Below are positions 1-11,600 of a stretch of 64,000 bases of DNA, piece by piece. Each line of letters opens with the position of its first letter. Within the stretch, counting starts at the first letter, position 1. The stretch lies in the NCBI GenBank assembly GCA_964035545.1, contig OZ037766.1:6314722-6378721 (forward strand). Direction: 5' to 3'. Under the pieces are notes generated by a model. The model saw nothing but the letters and a program-made list of their open reading frames with translations, was not told where the DNA came from and made no database searches. Source of the DNA: Bugula neritina. Its lineage: Eukaryota; Animalia; Bryozoa. The translations under genes were made by a program, and so were the position numbers.

Positions 1-1165
1 ATAAGTTTGATCAGAGGTTCTCTGTAACTCACCATTTCTGCAGATTAACCAACTACTTTGATTACTTGCTAGTGAGTATTCCACGCACTGACTGTTTGAA
101 CTGTCATTATCAAATGTTGAAAACAGAAGTTCCACGCCAAGTGAAGCCAACTTTTCCAACTGAACTCGAAAATTAAATTTAGTGGGTTCGTACGAAATTG
201 CTAAGGAATTAAGCAGAGAAATATTTGGCATTACACTAGATCGAAATGTGGATCCCGCAGAATGTTCCCCTGTAACGTAAATGTTCCTTTCGCAGTAGGA
301 ATCTTCTATATCAAATACATTACATCTAATCAAACTCTCTGCAGCACAATGCACACTGTTTACAAACCATTGTAACTCGAAAGATCTACCAATAAACTGC
401 GCATACTTACGCTGACAATCATCACTGGTTACATTTTTGAAACACTGAAAACATTTATCAACTGCATTTTTGGTCGGCAAAGGCAAATATTCAAAGTCTT
501 CTCCACAATGTTTTATTCCATGGTTTGTAATTTTAAACGTTTCTGGTTCATATCTGTTTTTCATACACTTTCCATTTACAAACGGTGTTGAGATGCAGGT
601 TTCTGACTCCAAGTCTAGTATGCTGGAACAGTTACACTGTTTAAGGTGATGACTTATGTTTAAACAAGTGTCTAGAGTCGTGTTGAAATCACTGTATAGC
701 AGCACAGCATCCGAATTCATGTTGCATGTTCGCTCATTCAAATCTATTTCATATATAAATAAAAACTTCATCACATCCTTCTCATACCTTAACCATCTAT
801 CAAATGCATATTCTGATGTTCCAGTAACAACGTCATTTGGTTTAGCATCACATCCAAGCCAAGCCACACCATTACAACTAGCACAGTAGCTGTTCCTATA
901 TTTATTCTTTAGGCCATTACTTGAAATGTTTGTCCCATAACTAGTGCGAATGCTTTCGACTAGAAAAGTATAAGATTTCTTCACTAGGTTTATCAATTCC
1001 CCACCATCATATACAAAGGAGGCAGGGCCATTAGAACACATGTCCGATATTTTCCAATGTTCAGCGTGTTTAGGACAGGAAGCTACATAGTTTGCTGCAT
1101 CAAATTTGCACCTCCGCACTGAGTCTACCAGCTCTAATGGAGGTAAATACTGCTTTATCTTGCAT
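1..1165 (-). CDS. Gene A exon 5 (partial; ectodomain stalk, 7TM lies beyond window)
   Basis: Acceptor ttgcag|A TGC AAG ATA AAG CAG (CKIKQYLPPLELVDSVRRCKF), matching exon 5 of B-F. Confidence 0.88.
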
Positions 1166-4100
1166 CTGCAACCATCGATGAAAAAACTTTAGAGATATAT
1201 TATTAATAAAATATAAAATAATTAATAATCAATTTTTATTGTAGGTCTATTTATATATATATCTATATATAAATAGGTATACGAGAAACATTGCTATTTA
1301 TTACTTTATTAGGTAAAGTAATTACACTGATATTTCGGGTACCACTGTACCCATCTTCAGAGTAGCAATGAATGAAATTCAAAAATTATTATGTTACGTA
1401 TGTTAATAATATATATAATAATTATTAATCAATTTTTATTGTAGGTCTATTTGACTTTTTACACACACGCACTCGCACACACACACACACGCACATGCAC
1501 ACACACACATATATACAGTAAATGTGCCTTTTAAAATTGAAAAGTGATAATAATTATTTTTTACTCAAAACATTGTTTAATATGTTGATGAGTCAGAACA
1601 GCTGTTACATATTATAAAGTTAGTCAAAAGTAATTTTGGGACAGTCACTAGTTGTAGGGCAGCCAAGGCTCCCTAGCTGGTAAACCAGAGACACCCTGAC
1701 TCTACTACTATACGTTGTGAAGTCAGTACGAACAAACTAAATTATATTATACTCATCTTGTTAATTTAAAAATAACTCACTCGCTGCGTTTTAGTTCTGT
1801 TACAGTTGGATTCCCTCGAAATGTATTATGAGGAGAAAATATGTTGTAGCGGAATGATCCTAGAGCAATATTGCAGTTGTCATTAATCACTTGAATGCAG
1901 CCCACGTCTATCCTCCAATAACGGATTTCTTTCACATCATTGCATATTGCACAGTATACATTAGAATATCTATAAATATTATAAACGTGTTTCAAAGTAA
2001 GTGATTTGATAAAACTCTGTACAAGTGAGTCATGGCTCACGTTAGTTTGTTCAGTCAAAGTAAGCTGTTTCCTGAGTCATATCTTTGATAAGATGACTCA
2101 TTCAGTCAATAAGCTTTAAAAACAGCATTAAGCATTGTATAAAAATATCCTGTTGCTAATTGTAATACATTGATTGTGATAAATATATAAGTATACATCG
2201 GAAGTGCTACTGCCAAAACATCTCACTGTTAAATTTCGAATGCCCTAAAACAATTATTTTTGTAACCTCAAAAAGCTTTCATATAACTATAGGTCACTAA
2301 TACTTTAATATATATAATGCTGCAACTGCAATGGTGTTATTAATATTTCATTTATCTTTATCCTTTCTGCTATAGGTTAATTAGGCCTAATCAATGGGTG
2401 GGAACACTGCATGAAATTAAAACTCGATTTTTCTATTAAAATATGCCAATACATTTTTTATGTTGGTTTGCTAATCTCTCATTTTATGATTTATACCTTA
2501 TTCCCGTTTTCAGAGAAGAGACTGGGATATTCTGGTAACAAAACTTTTCATCTTTAGGAGGGTTTTCACATAGACCTTTTATTTCATTGTTGTTATACGA
2601 TTTTGGACAAGCTTCCACTTGCATTATCCCCCATGAATAGCCCTCAGCATCTGCCCCACTTTTTAACTCAGATCTGTCATGCACACAGGAAAATATCCCA
2701 TCTTCTAGGACTGTCTCATTGGTAGGTTGGTACGGTGAATCTTTACAGCAATCATTAAAGTACATACAGTATTTATCACAATAACAATTCAACTCGTGCT
2801 CTTTCTTTATTCCCAACTCTACAGCTTTACATTGACTTTGGTAAGCGCATACTGAGTGTGAGTGCCACTGCAAGTCACTATTGTCTGTCACGATGTTGCT
2901 GACTGAGCCATAAGTGTTCAGATTATAGCACTGCAAAGTGTCAGGGTCAAAAACATGTCCAAATCCACACCCTGGTTTCGTGCACGACTCATCACTCACA
3001 GCTTGTGGTATGAGAAACCGGTCACATATCTTCCTCACGTTGCTAAAACAAGCCATAGATCCCAAGTTCCACACTGGCACAGTGGCAGTGGTTTTAGTCC
3101 CAAAAGAGGTGTTTAGCTGTGTTACGCGCTCTTTACAAAAACTTGCTGCTTGATCTGCAAAGAAAGAGCACTCAAAATCCTCATCAACTTTGAAATTTGT
3201 AAAGTTATTAGAAAAGTCTGTCATGCTGAACATAGTTGGTCTTGCAAACACCAATATTTTGGAGTCGTCTGGTGATGACTGATCTTGTTTTATTTTAAGT
3301 TTATTGCTTTTTTTGTTCCAAAACAATTCCAAGGTTAAGGCAGTCGTTTTTGGCAGTTGAGGTAAATCAATGTCCATTAGTAGAAGATCCACACCATGGC
3401 ACAAGGCACAGAACTGGTTTCGATATACTAGATTAAAATTTGTGATGTTGATATAGTTAACAGATCCTTTCTCACAAAGTGTCTTTAACTCGCTATTAGA
3501 GTTAGTAGGGCACGTCCTCACAGCGTCCCAACACAGATCTGGAGACTCTGGTGGTAAGTACAATGTTTTGCAGGATCTACAGAGTAAAGATCATGATATA
3601 TATTATGCAATAGCCTACTACAATTATAACTACATTATAAAACTCAAAAATTGTAACTATAGTTATTTTTATATTCATTTGCTCTATAATAGGTCATAAT
3701 TATAAAATTTTCATGGTAAATCCTTTATAATCATATATAATGTCAGTTATAAAATCTGCAAAAATAAGATTCATTGTCTGACACTTGTCAAGCTTCAAAA
3801 GTTCTGAAAAGTTTTAACTGTGTAAAAGTTATTTACATTTCACAAAGCTCAAACTGACTGACTGCCCTACTACACGTCAACAAAACTTCTGGCAATGCGT
3901 CTCTTAGTATATATATAGTGGTACTGGATGAACTCTATTACAGATATAGAGTCATGCACTGTCATTAAATTGTCAGTGCAGCCTCTAATCTTAGGAAAGC
4001 AATTTTGAAAAACTATAGCACTGGCAAGCACCGACAGAATATATTAATGATCATGATTATATCATTACTACTAAATGAGTTGATGATGTGCAGAATTAGA

Positions 4101-6148
4101 GTAATGTAAGAATTATACCTGTATTCTAACAAACTACTATGTTACAAAAAAAGTTATATGCTCGTGTGACATTTATAACCTGCTACTTATTAAATTAAAC
4201 TTGAAACAACACAACAACAACAGCAAGAGATAAAGAGAGAGGAGAGAGAAAACTTGAATTGTAAACAAATTATTCTAGGTTTGACTATTATATTGTAAGA
4301 GTTAATGATATATTAAAGTGTGCTAATCATATTTCTTCAATACTCACTCTCTTACTAAATATATTAGGCTTTTGTGGTCAGTATCTGAAGAGAGATATTC
4401 TTCAATAGCCTCAGCACTACACTCCACCTTTGCTGGCCACCATTCCATGGTACTCACACTATCATTTATCTTATTCGGATCACCAAACCATATCTGGTCT
4501 GAAAATTGCACACTTGCCTGAGGATCAATACCATTACACATGGCACAGAAGACGTTCTTATATGTGAGATGATTCACTATACCTCGTACTGGCCAACGTT
4601 TCAGTGATAGATCTACAAATAATGTTATAACATACAGCTGTGTATCTAGTAAGATAGTAAATATGAGTAGGTATTGCATAAGCTTGTTTCTGCTAAACTC
4701 GCTTTACAGTCTTTAAAGTTTACATAGACTACTCTTCTTCATTTGTCTCAGAAGTATATTTTAAAGCTTAGGCAGAAGAAAGCAGTAGTTTATTTATTGC
4801 CTGTGACTTTCAATTTGTTTCCATGGTATCAAAGGAATCCTTACAGATGCCCTAAGCATTACATCAAATTAGAAACCATACATTCAGGTGCAGTTTGTAC
4901 AAAGTTGTTATTTCTTAAAAGAAGACAACTCCTTTTCAACTCTGAAAGCTGTAGGCGCAGAAGGTTACTGAATTATGCAAAATGAATAATGTAAACATAT
5001 AAGCTAGCATTGAGTCAGTGATCACGCCCAACGATGATTTCCACCTTTTGCCTCAGATTTTGTTAGGTGAAATCCATTAGATAAACAAAATCCAAATCAA
5101 GTTTTTTAAAGCAGAAAAGCAATAACTAATAAAAGCTTTATTTACTTTATAAAGCATAAAATAAAGGCTTTAATTAGGAATAAATTAAATTTTCAAAATA
5201 AAAATAGCTGTCAATTTATTGTTAGCCTGAGAATGCTTTAGCTTACAAACAAGTTTTATAGATGTTATATGGTAATTAGCAGTTATCTTAAATAATAGCA
5301 GCTATAAAATAAGTAAATTTTTATGAAATTGTTGAACTGCACTTTAGCAAGGGTGAAAACTTATAGTATATGTTTAAGATTATTGTTTGCATTTTGTGAA
5401 TAGCCGCCACAAATACTGATTTCTACCTTCCTCCCAACAATTTTATTCCATGCAACTGCTTTCAAGCATCAAATGAAAACCCTTCGGCATAACTTCTCTC
5501 GATAAAGTATAGTGCTTGTCACAAAAGATTTCATTAGCAAACTTAGCATCATGCAAAGAGAAAGCTTTTTTGGATAAACCAAAAGTCCATTTACATAATC
5601 CAAAGCTTGGATATGCAACTTATTACGCTGCAGCACTATAACTACCAAAACCCACGCCACATTTCCCAGACCTAGAAGCTTTTTTATTATAAAATCAATT
5701 GTAAGTTATTGAAAACTCATTCTTTTTATTGATGCTTACCAGATTCTGTAGAGCTGAAACTTTCACATAAAGACTTTAGTTCCTTATTTGGAGTTTCCTG
5801 AGGACATTTGTCCACAATGTAGAAGTTATCATGACATGAAAATGTGTTGTAAGCCAACTGCTCCATGGGTTTAGCAGAAGTCATAAGACAGCAGTCCGAA
5901 TAGTACTTACATCTGTTGAAAGAGTGTAACCTGTATTGAAAACATGTCCCATTCACAAGTTCTGTGTTCTCAATATCTTGAGACTTTGATAATAATCCAA
6001 GAGGAATCGTTGTTGGTATTCCATTGAATTTCATGAAGTTTTCTACAGCTCTTGTATCAGCTTGAGAATGTTGCGCTAATATATTGTTTATAAAAGTAAC
6101 TAAAAGTACTACTATAGCTGTTAACCTCTTCAACGTAGTTCTTGACAT
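1..6148 (-). CDS. Gene A: SMB/cysteine-module class-B-like GPCR (5 exons, 3' end outside window)
   Basis: Exons 6148-5740, 4612-4348, 3576-2497, 1969-1781, 1165-<1. All introns GT-AG, phases 1,2,2,2, frame continuous. Paralogous to genes B-F. Confidence 0.88.
1253..1400 (-). mobile_element. Short Penelope-like element remnant carrying the hammerhead
   Basis: ~148-bp segment not seen in paralogous intron 4 copies; flanked by ~52-bp imperfect direct repeats (1201-1252, 1401-1452); minus-strand AATAAA downstream of the ribozyme. Confidence 0.55.
1322..1368 (-). ncRNA. Minimal type I hammerhead ribozyme of Penelope-like element type
   Basis: Minus strand UUGCUACU-CUGAAGA-U-GGGUAC(AGUG)GUACCC-GAAA-UA-UC^AGUGUAA: catalytic core CUGANGA/GAAA/UH, perfect 6-bp stem II, palindromic minimal stem III, ACU/AGU stem I. 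Confidence 0.75.
1461..1509. repeat. (CA)n imperfect microsatellite
   Basis: acacacacgcactcgcacacacacacacacgcacatgcacacacacac. Confidence 0.85.
1781..1969 (-). CDS. Gene A exon 4 (YSNVYCAICND module)
   Basis: tttatag|A TAT TCT ... AGC GA|gtgagt; 189 nt as in paralogs. Confidence 0.88.
2497..3576 (-). CDS. Gene A exon 3 (YRNQFCALCHG module + SMB-like CYCDKYCMYFNDCC)
   Basis: ctgtag|A TCC TGC ... ATA AG|gtataa; 1080 nt; ORF track 2484..3563. Confidence 0.9.
4348..4612 (-). CDS. Gene A exon 2 (TYKNVFCAMCNG module)
   Basis: tttgtag|AT CTA TCA ... AGA GA|gtgagt; 265 nt in all six copies. Confidence 0.9.
5740..6148 (-). CDS. Gene A exon 1 (signal peptide + degenerate SMB-like motif)
   Basis: atcATGtca start conserved in all copies; hydrophobic leader MSRTTLKRLTAIVVLLVTFINNILA; donor TCT G|gtaagc. 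Confidence 0.88.
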
Positions 6149-6373
6149 GATAGTATTAAATCTACTTTTCCACATCTTTACTTGTGCACATGCCAACAGT
6201 GAATGTTGAATAAAACCTATCAACACTAATGCCAGGTAATAATTATATGTTATAGTGAACATTTACTAGATCACCAATTGTATTATTATTCGCCATGTCC
6301 TGACCGGGTGGCAGGAGCCAACTGTATTATTGCTGGCCAAACATTGTTATACAAGTTGAAAGACTTATATAAT

Positions 6374-6387
6374 GTTACCATGGTAAC
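6374..6387. promoter_or_regulatory. RFX X-box-like motif upstream of gene A
   Basis: Perfect palindrome GTTACCATGGTAAC ~226 bp upstream of the ATG; matches the RFX consensus GTNRCC(N0-3)RGYAAC. Confidence 0.6.
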
Positions 6388-7968
6388 CACTGAAGTTTAT
6401 GGATGCATTCCCAGTCTATGTGTTATTATTTGGTCTACTGTGGCTCCATGTTAGGGCAATACTGTACCACCATTTTTTTATGCTGAGGTAATGTCATGAC
6501 TCAGTCTGAACTATATTGACCCCAGTAATAGCATTTATTTGACTCATTATAATGTAGACCGCTATATATAGTATAGCTAAATACTAGGTTATATATCTTG
6601 GTTGGCATTCTGTTTCTGGTGTGACAGACATGAAAACATAACACAACCACATAATTAACCACTCAAACTATAGCAAATGCTATTTTATTCCAAGTTAGAC
6701 CACACTAATTGTCCATGGAGAGACACCAATTAAACTGTTTGAAAATATTAAACATTTCTATGCAGAAAATTTTTTTATATTTAATTTCTAGATATTCATA
6801 GAAGATATACTCAATGTTTTACTTTAAACAAGTTGGAAAGAATAACTCTAACTTTTTATGTTGGAGTGGGATAGACATGATGATACAGAAACATGGAGTT
6901 ATAGCAAGGGAACTTTTTCTAGATGTTAAATCACAAACTGATGGAAACAAATCTTCAGTCTTTAAAAAGATGATGCTTGAGCGGTTATAATAAAAAAAAC
7001 CCTTATGTTATTAATGGACCATATATGGTCCTTTAACTATGTATATAAACAATTATAGCTAAATAGCACTCCCGTTAAACTTCTAGTTTTAAACCAAATA
7101 ACTTACGAAAATTTGTAAATAATGTTGACGGTGCAGCTTGGTAATTTATGAACAAATATAGACATTAAATATGATTAAATAAATAACTACCAAGTCAGCT
7201 ATTTGCTTTTGTAATACCAAAATATACTAAAATTAGCGCTAAATCAGGGATTAACAGCTTTTCAAACATATTTTCACTAGTGCATTAGTTTCTTTTGCTG
7301 CAGAGGCTAAGTTCTTTTTTTAAGACTTTTTACAGATTCTTTTTAGTTATAACCTATAGAACATCATCTCTATAGACTAAAGACTTGTCTGGATCGTTTT
7401 GTGATACTATCTCAAAAAATTTTCTCTTGCTAACTCCATGCTTCTGTTCCATTGTATCCATCCTACTCCAAATTATAAATTTGTAATCATTTTTCCCACT
7501 TTTGTTTAAAATAAAACATTGAGAATAATTATTTTGCATAAAGTTGGAAATAAGTTATAGAATATTTCTTCTACATAGAAATTTTTAATATTTTTAAAAA
7601 GTTTAATTGGTTTCTCTCCATAGACTTGGTGATACTCAGCTTAGAATAAAATATCATTTGCTATATAGTTTGGATGGTTGATTACGTGGGTGGGTTATAT
7701 TTTCACATTTGTCACACCGAAAACAGAATTATGCAAACCAAGACATACAACTTACGTATTTAGCTATATTATATATAGCATTCTACTCTATAATTAATAT
7801 GCCAAATAATTTCTATCACAAAGGTCACCGTAGTTCACAGTGAGTCATATGACATTAACTCAACATAACAACATAGTATTGTATTTCCTTAACATAGAGC
7901 GTCACAATAGACCAAAGAATAACATAGACACTGGGTGTGTGTTCATTAACTACCTACATACTTCAGTG

Positions 7969-7982
7969 GTTGCCATAGTAAC
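7969..7982. promoter_or_regulatory. RFX X-box-like motif upstream of gene B
   Basis: GTTGCCATAGTAAC ~243 bp upstream of the ATG, at the position homologous to gene A's motif. Confidence 0.6.
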
Positions 7983-8224
7983 ATTATATAAGTATTTCAA
8001 CTTATATAACAATTTTTGGCCAGCAATAATACAGCTGGCTCCCCCACCCGATCAGGAGATGGCGGTAAAAGATGAAAAGAATAACACAATTGACTGTCCA
8101 ATAGCTGTTTACTACAACATGTATATATTACCTGGCATTATTAGTGCTGTTGGTAATTTTAATTCAACATTTATAGCTGAAATGCGCACAAGTCAAGATG
8201 GGAAAAAGTAGAATCAATATTATC

Positions 8225-8633
8225 ATGTCAAGAACTAAGTTGAAGAGTTTTGCAGCTACAGTAGTACTTTTAGCTACTCTTATAAACAATATATTAGCAC
8301 AAGATTCTCAAGCTAATTATAGAGTGGTAGACGACTTCATAAAATTCAATGGAATTCCAACGAGGATTCCTCTTGGATTATTATCAAAGTCTCAAGAGAT
8401 TAAGAACACAGAACTTGTGAATGGGACATGTTTTAAATACGGGTTACACTCTTTCAACAGATGTAAGTACTATTCGGACTGCTGTCTTATGACTTCTGCT
8501 AAACCCATGGAGCAGTTGGCTTACAACACATTTTCATGTCATGATAACTTCTACATAGTGGACAAATGTCCCCAAGAAACTCCGAATAAGGAACTAAAAG
8601 CTTTATGTGAAGATTTCAGTTCCGCAGAGTCCG
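8225..8633 (+). CDS. Gene B exon 1
   Basis: Signal peptide MSRTKLKSFAATVVLLATLINNILA; donor TCC G|gtaagt. An in-frame ATG at 8198 is not conserved in paralogs. Confidence 0.88.
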
Positions 8634-11600
8634 GTAAGTATCGAATATAATATTCAGCAATTACAATAGCCTACTATTTATTCTCTAAAATAATAAGGCT
8701 CTAGGTCTCTAAACTTTAATTGCCAAGTTTGAGAAATGTGGCTTTGATACCGAATTGTTCTGATACTTTATGCTGTATATTAGTAATATGACGTCTGCAA
8801 AATTTCATAAGTCTTTGAGACAAAAGTTATAGAGGAGAAATCAACCTAAACTTTAGAAACTGTGAAGCAAGTTTAGCAGCAGTAACATACTGCACCAGGG
8901 TGTCCAACCTTTTCAGACCAAGCTGGTCACTGAAAAGGAACATTCTGGTGGCGAGAGCCACATTTTAAACTTCAGTTTGAGTTGGGGGCCGCAAAATCAG
9001 TGATTTTTTCAAATTATTTCATTTCAAATTATTATGAATCATTCCTCGATGAAACCCTAATAGTTACTGCAGCTAGGCTGCATGGTTTGTAGCCTGTGTA
9101 AAAATAAGATATCTAAAAGGTGGTTTTTTACTCTAATTCATGCATACATGTGAAAACGTAAATGTAGGCTGGAGGCCACATTCAGTACTGGGGCCGCCTG
9201 TTGTGCAGTCCTGTACTACACAATACCCATATTTATACCATCTTACTAGCTACACGGTTGTATATGTTATAACATTATTTGTAGATTTATCACTGAAACG
9301 CTGGCCAGTACGAGGTCTAGTAAATCATCTCACATATAAGAATGTCTTCTGTGCCATGTGTAATGGTGTTGATCCTCAGGCTAATGTGCGATTTTCGGAC
9401 CAGATATGGTTTGGTGATCCAAATAAGATAAATGATAGTGTGAGTACCATGGAATGGTGGCCAGCAAAGGTAGAGTGTAGTGCTGAGGCTATTGAAGAAT
9501 ACCTCTCTTCAGATACTGACCACAAAAGTCTAATAGCTCTAGTAAAAGAGTGAGTATTAAAGGATTGAGGTTAATAAACTTCAATATTATCACATTACAA
9601 GAAACTTCATAATGGTGTTGCATACATTTCAAGCGTTATTTTATTTCTCTCTCAACCTTTTCCTTTTTTCCCCAAACTTTCATCATTGCTGTCACAAGAG
9701 CATAGCTTCTTTTGCAAAAATTGAGTTTGCTTAAACATGCACAGGTATTTTAACATTACTCTAATTCTGCACATATGGTAATCTTATTCAACCGTAATAA
9801 TATCATCATGATCATGAATATAATTGTGTAAATTTGACATAAGGTTTCTTTTTTAACTGTATATATAAAGGCTGTATCATAAAAGAGAGGGTAGTAGTTC
9901 TTCATCATGTATGATGGCTTTGAAAAGTCATATGCTAATATTCAGCTTATAAGAATTATATAATTATTTCGTACAATTGCCAGTGCTAAACAGCTTTTAT
10001 AATTTTTAAAATTGCCTTGCTAAATTTAGAGGCAGCACTGACAATGTAATAACTTCACAGTGCTACTAGAGTCATGGGATGATGTCATGCCTGTTATAGA
10101 ATTTACACACTATCATTAGAAGCTAACAGACATTGCTAACAAATCTGCTAATGTAATAATATCAATACCTGCCGTTTCAGCTGTCTAAAGGGTACACAAT
10201 GCAGTTAACATATTTCAGAATTTTTAAAACTTGATCAAAATTGTACAATGCGTGTATTATTTTTTAGGGTTTTACAATTTACTTTATGATATGGAGAATT
10301 TACTTAGCTGTGTCCCATCATGAAAATTATATAAAATTTATCATCTATTGGCGATCAATGAATATAAATGCAACTAGGCTAGTGATATTTTTTAGTTTTA
10401 TAATGTAGTTGTAATTGTAGTAGGCTATTGTATAATATATATCGTGATCTTTACTCTGTAGATCTTGCAAGACATTATACTTACCACCAGAGTCTCCAGA
10501 TCTATGTTGGGACGCTGTGAGGACGTGCCCTACTAACTCTAATAGTGAGCTAAAGACACTTTGTGAGAAAGGACCTGTCAACTATATCAACATCACAAAT
10601 TTAAATCTAGTATATCGAAACCAGTTCTGTGCATTGTGTCATGGTGTGAATCTTCTACTAATGGACATTGAGTTACCTCAACTGCCAGAAATGACTGCCT
10701 TAACAATGGAATTGCTTTGGGACAAAAAAAGCAATAAACTTAAAATATATCAAGTTTCATCCTCCTTAGACAACTCAAAGACATTGATGTTTGCAAGACC
10801 AACTATGTTCAACTTGACAGACTTTTCTAATAACTTTACAACTTTCAAAAGTAATGTGGACTTTGAGTGCTCTTTTTCCGCAAATCTAACAGCAAGTTAT
10901 TGTAATGAACGTGTAACACAGCTAAACGGTTTTCCTAGAACTAATACCATTACTGTGCCAGTGTGGAACTTGGGATCCATGGCTTGTTTTAGCAACGTGA
11001 GGAAGATATGTGACCGGTTTCTCATACCACAAGTTGTCAGTGATGAGTCATGCACAGAATCAGGGTGTGGATTTGGACATGTTTTTGACCCTGACACTTT
11101 GGAGTGCTATAATCTGAACACTTATGGCTCAGTCAGCAACATAGTCACAGACAACAGTGATTTGCAGTGGCACTCACACTCAGTATGCGCTTATCAAAGT
11201 CAATGTAAAGCTGTAGAGTTGGGAATAAAGAAAGAGCATGAGTTGAATTGTTATTGTGATAAACACTGTAGGTACTTTAATGATTGCTGTGAAGATTCAA
11301 CGTACCAGTCTAACAATCAGACAGTCCTAGAAGATGGGACATTTTCCTGTGTGTATGACAGATCTGAGTTGAAAAGTGGAGCAGATGATGAGGGCTATTC
11401 ATGGGGCATAATGCAAGTGGAAGCTTGTCCAAAATCGTATAACAACAGTGAAATAAAAGATCTATGTGAAAACCCTCTCAAAGATGAAAAGTTGAGTTAC
11501 CAAAATATCCCAGTCTCTTCTCTGGTTACTGGATTAAGGTATGTTGGTTTCACATTATAACATTTTATGTAATATAAAATGCAGCTCTATAGAAATGGTA

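Noticed and set aside
5726-6262. Extended N-terminus of gene A (MFTITYNYY...) and TTG/upstream starts in other copies
   Set aside because: Not conserved across paralogs; only the atcATGtca start followed by a signal peptide is shared by all six.
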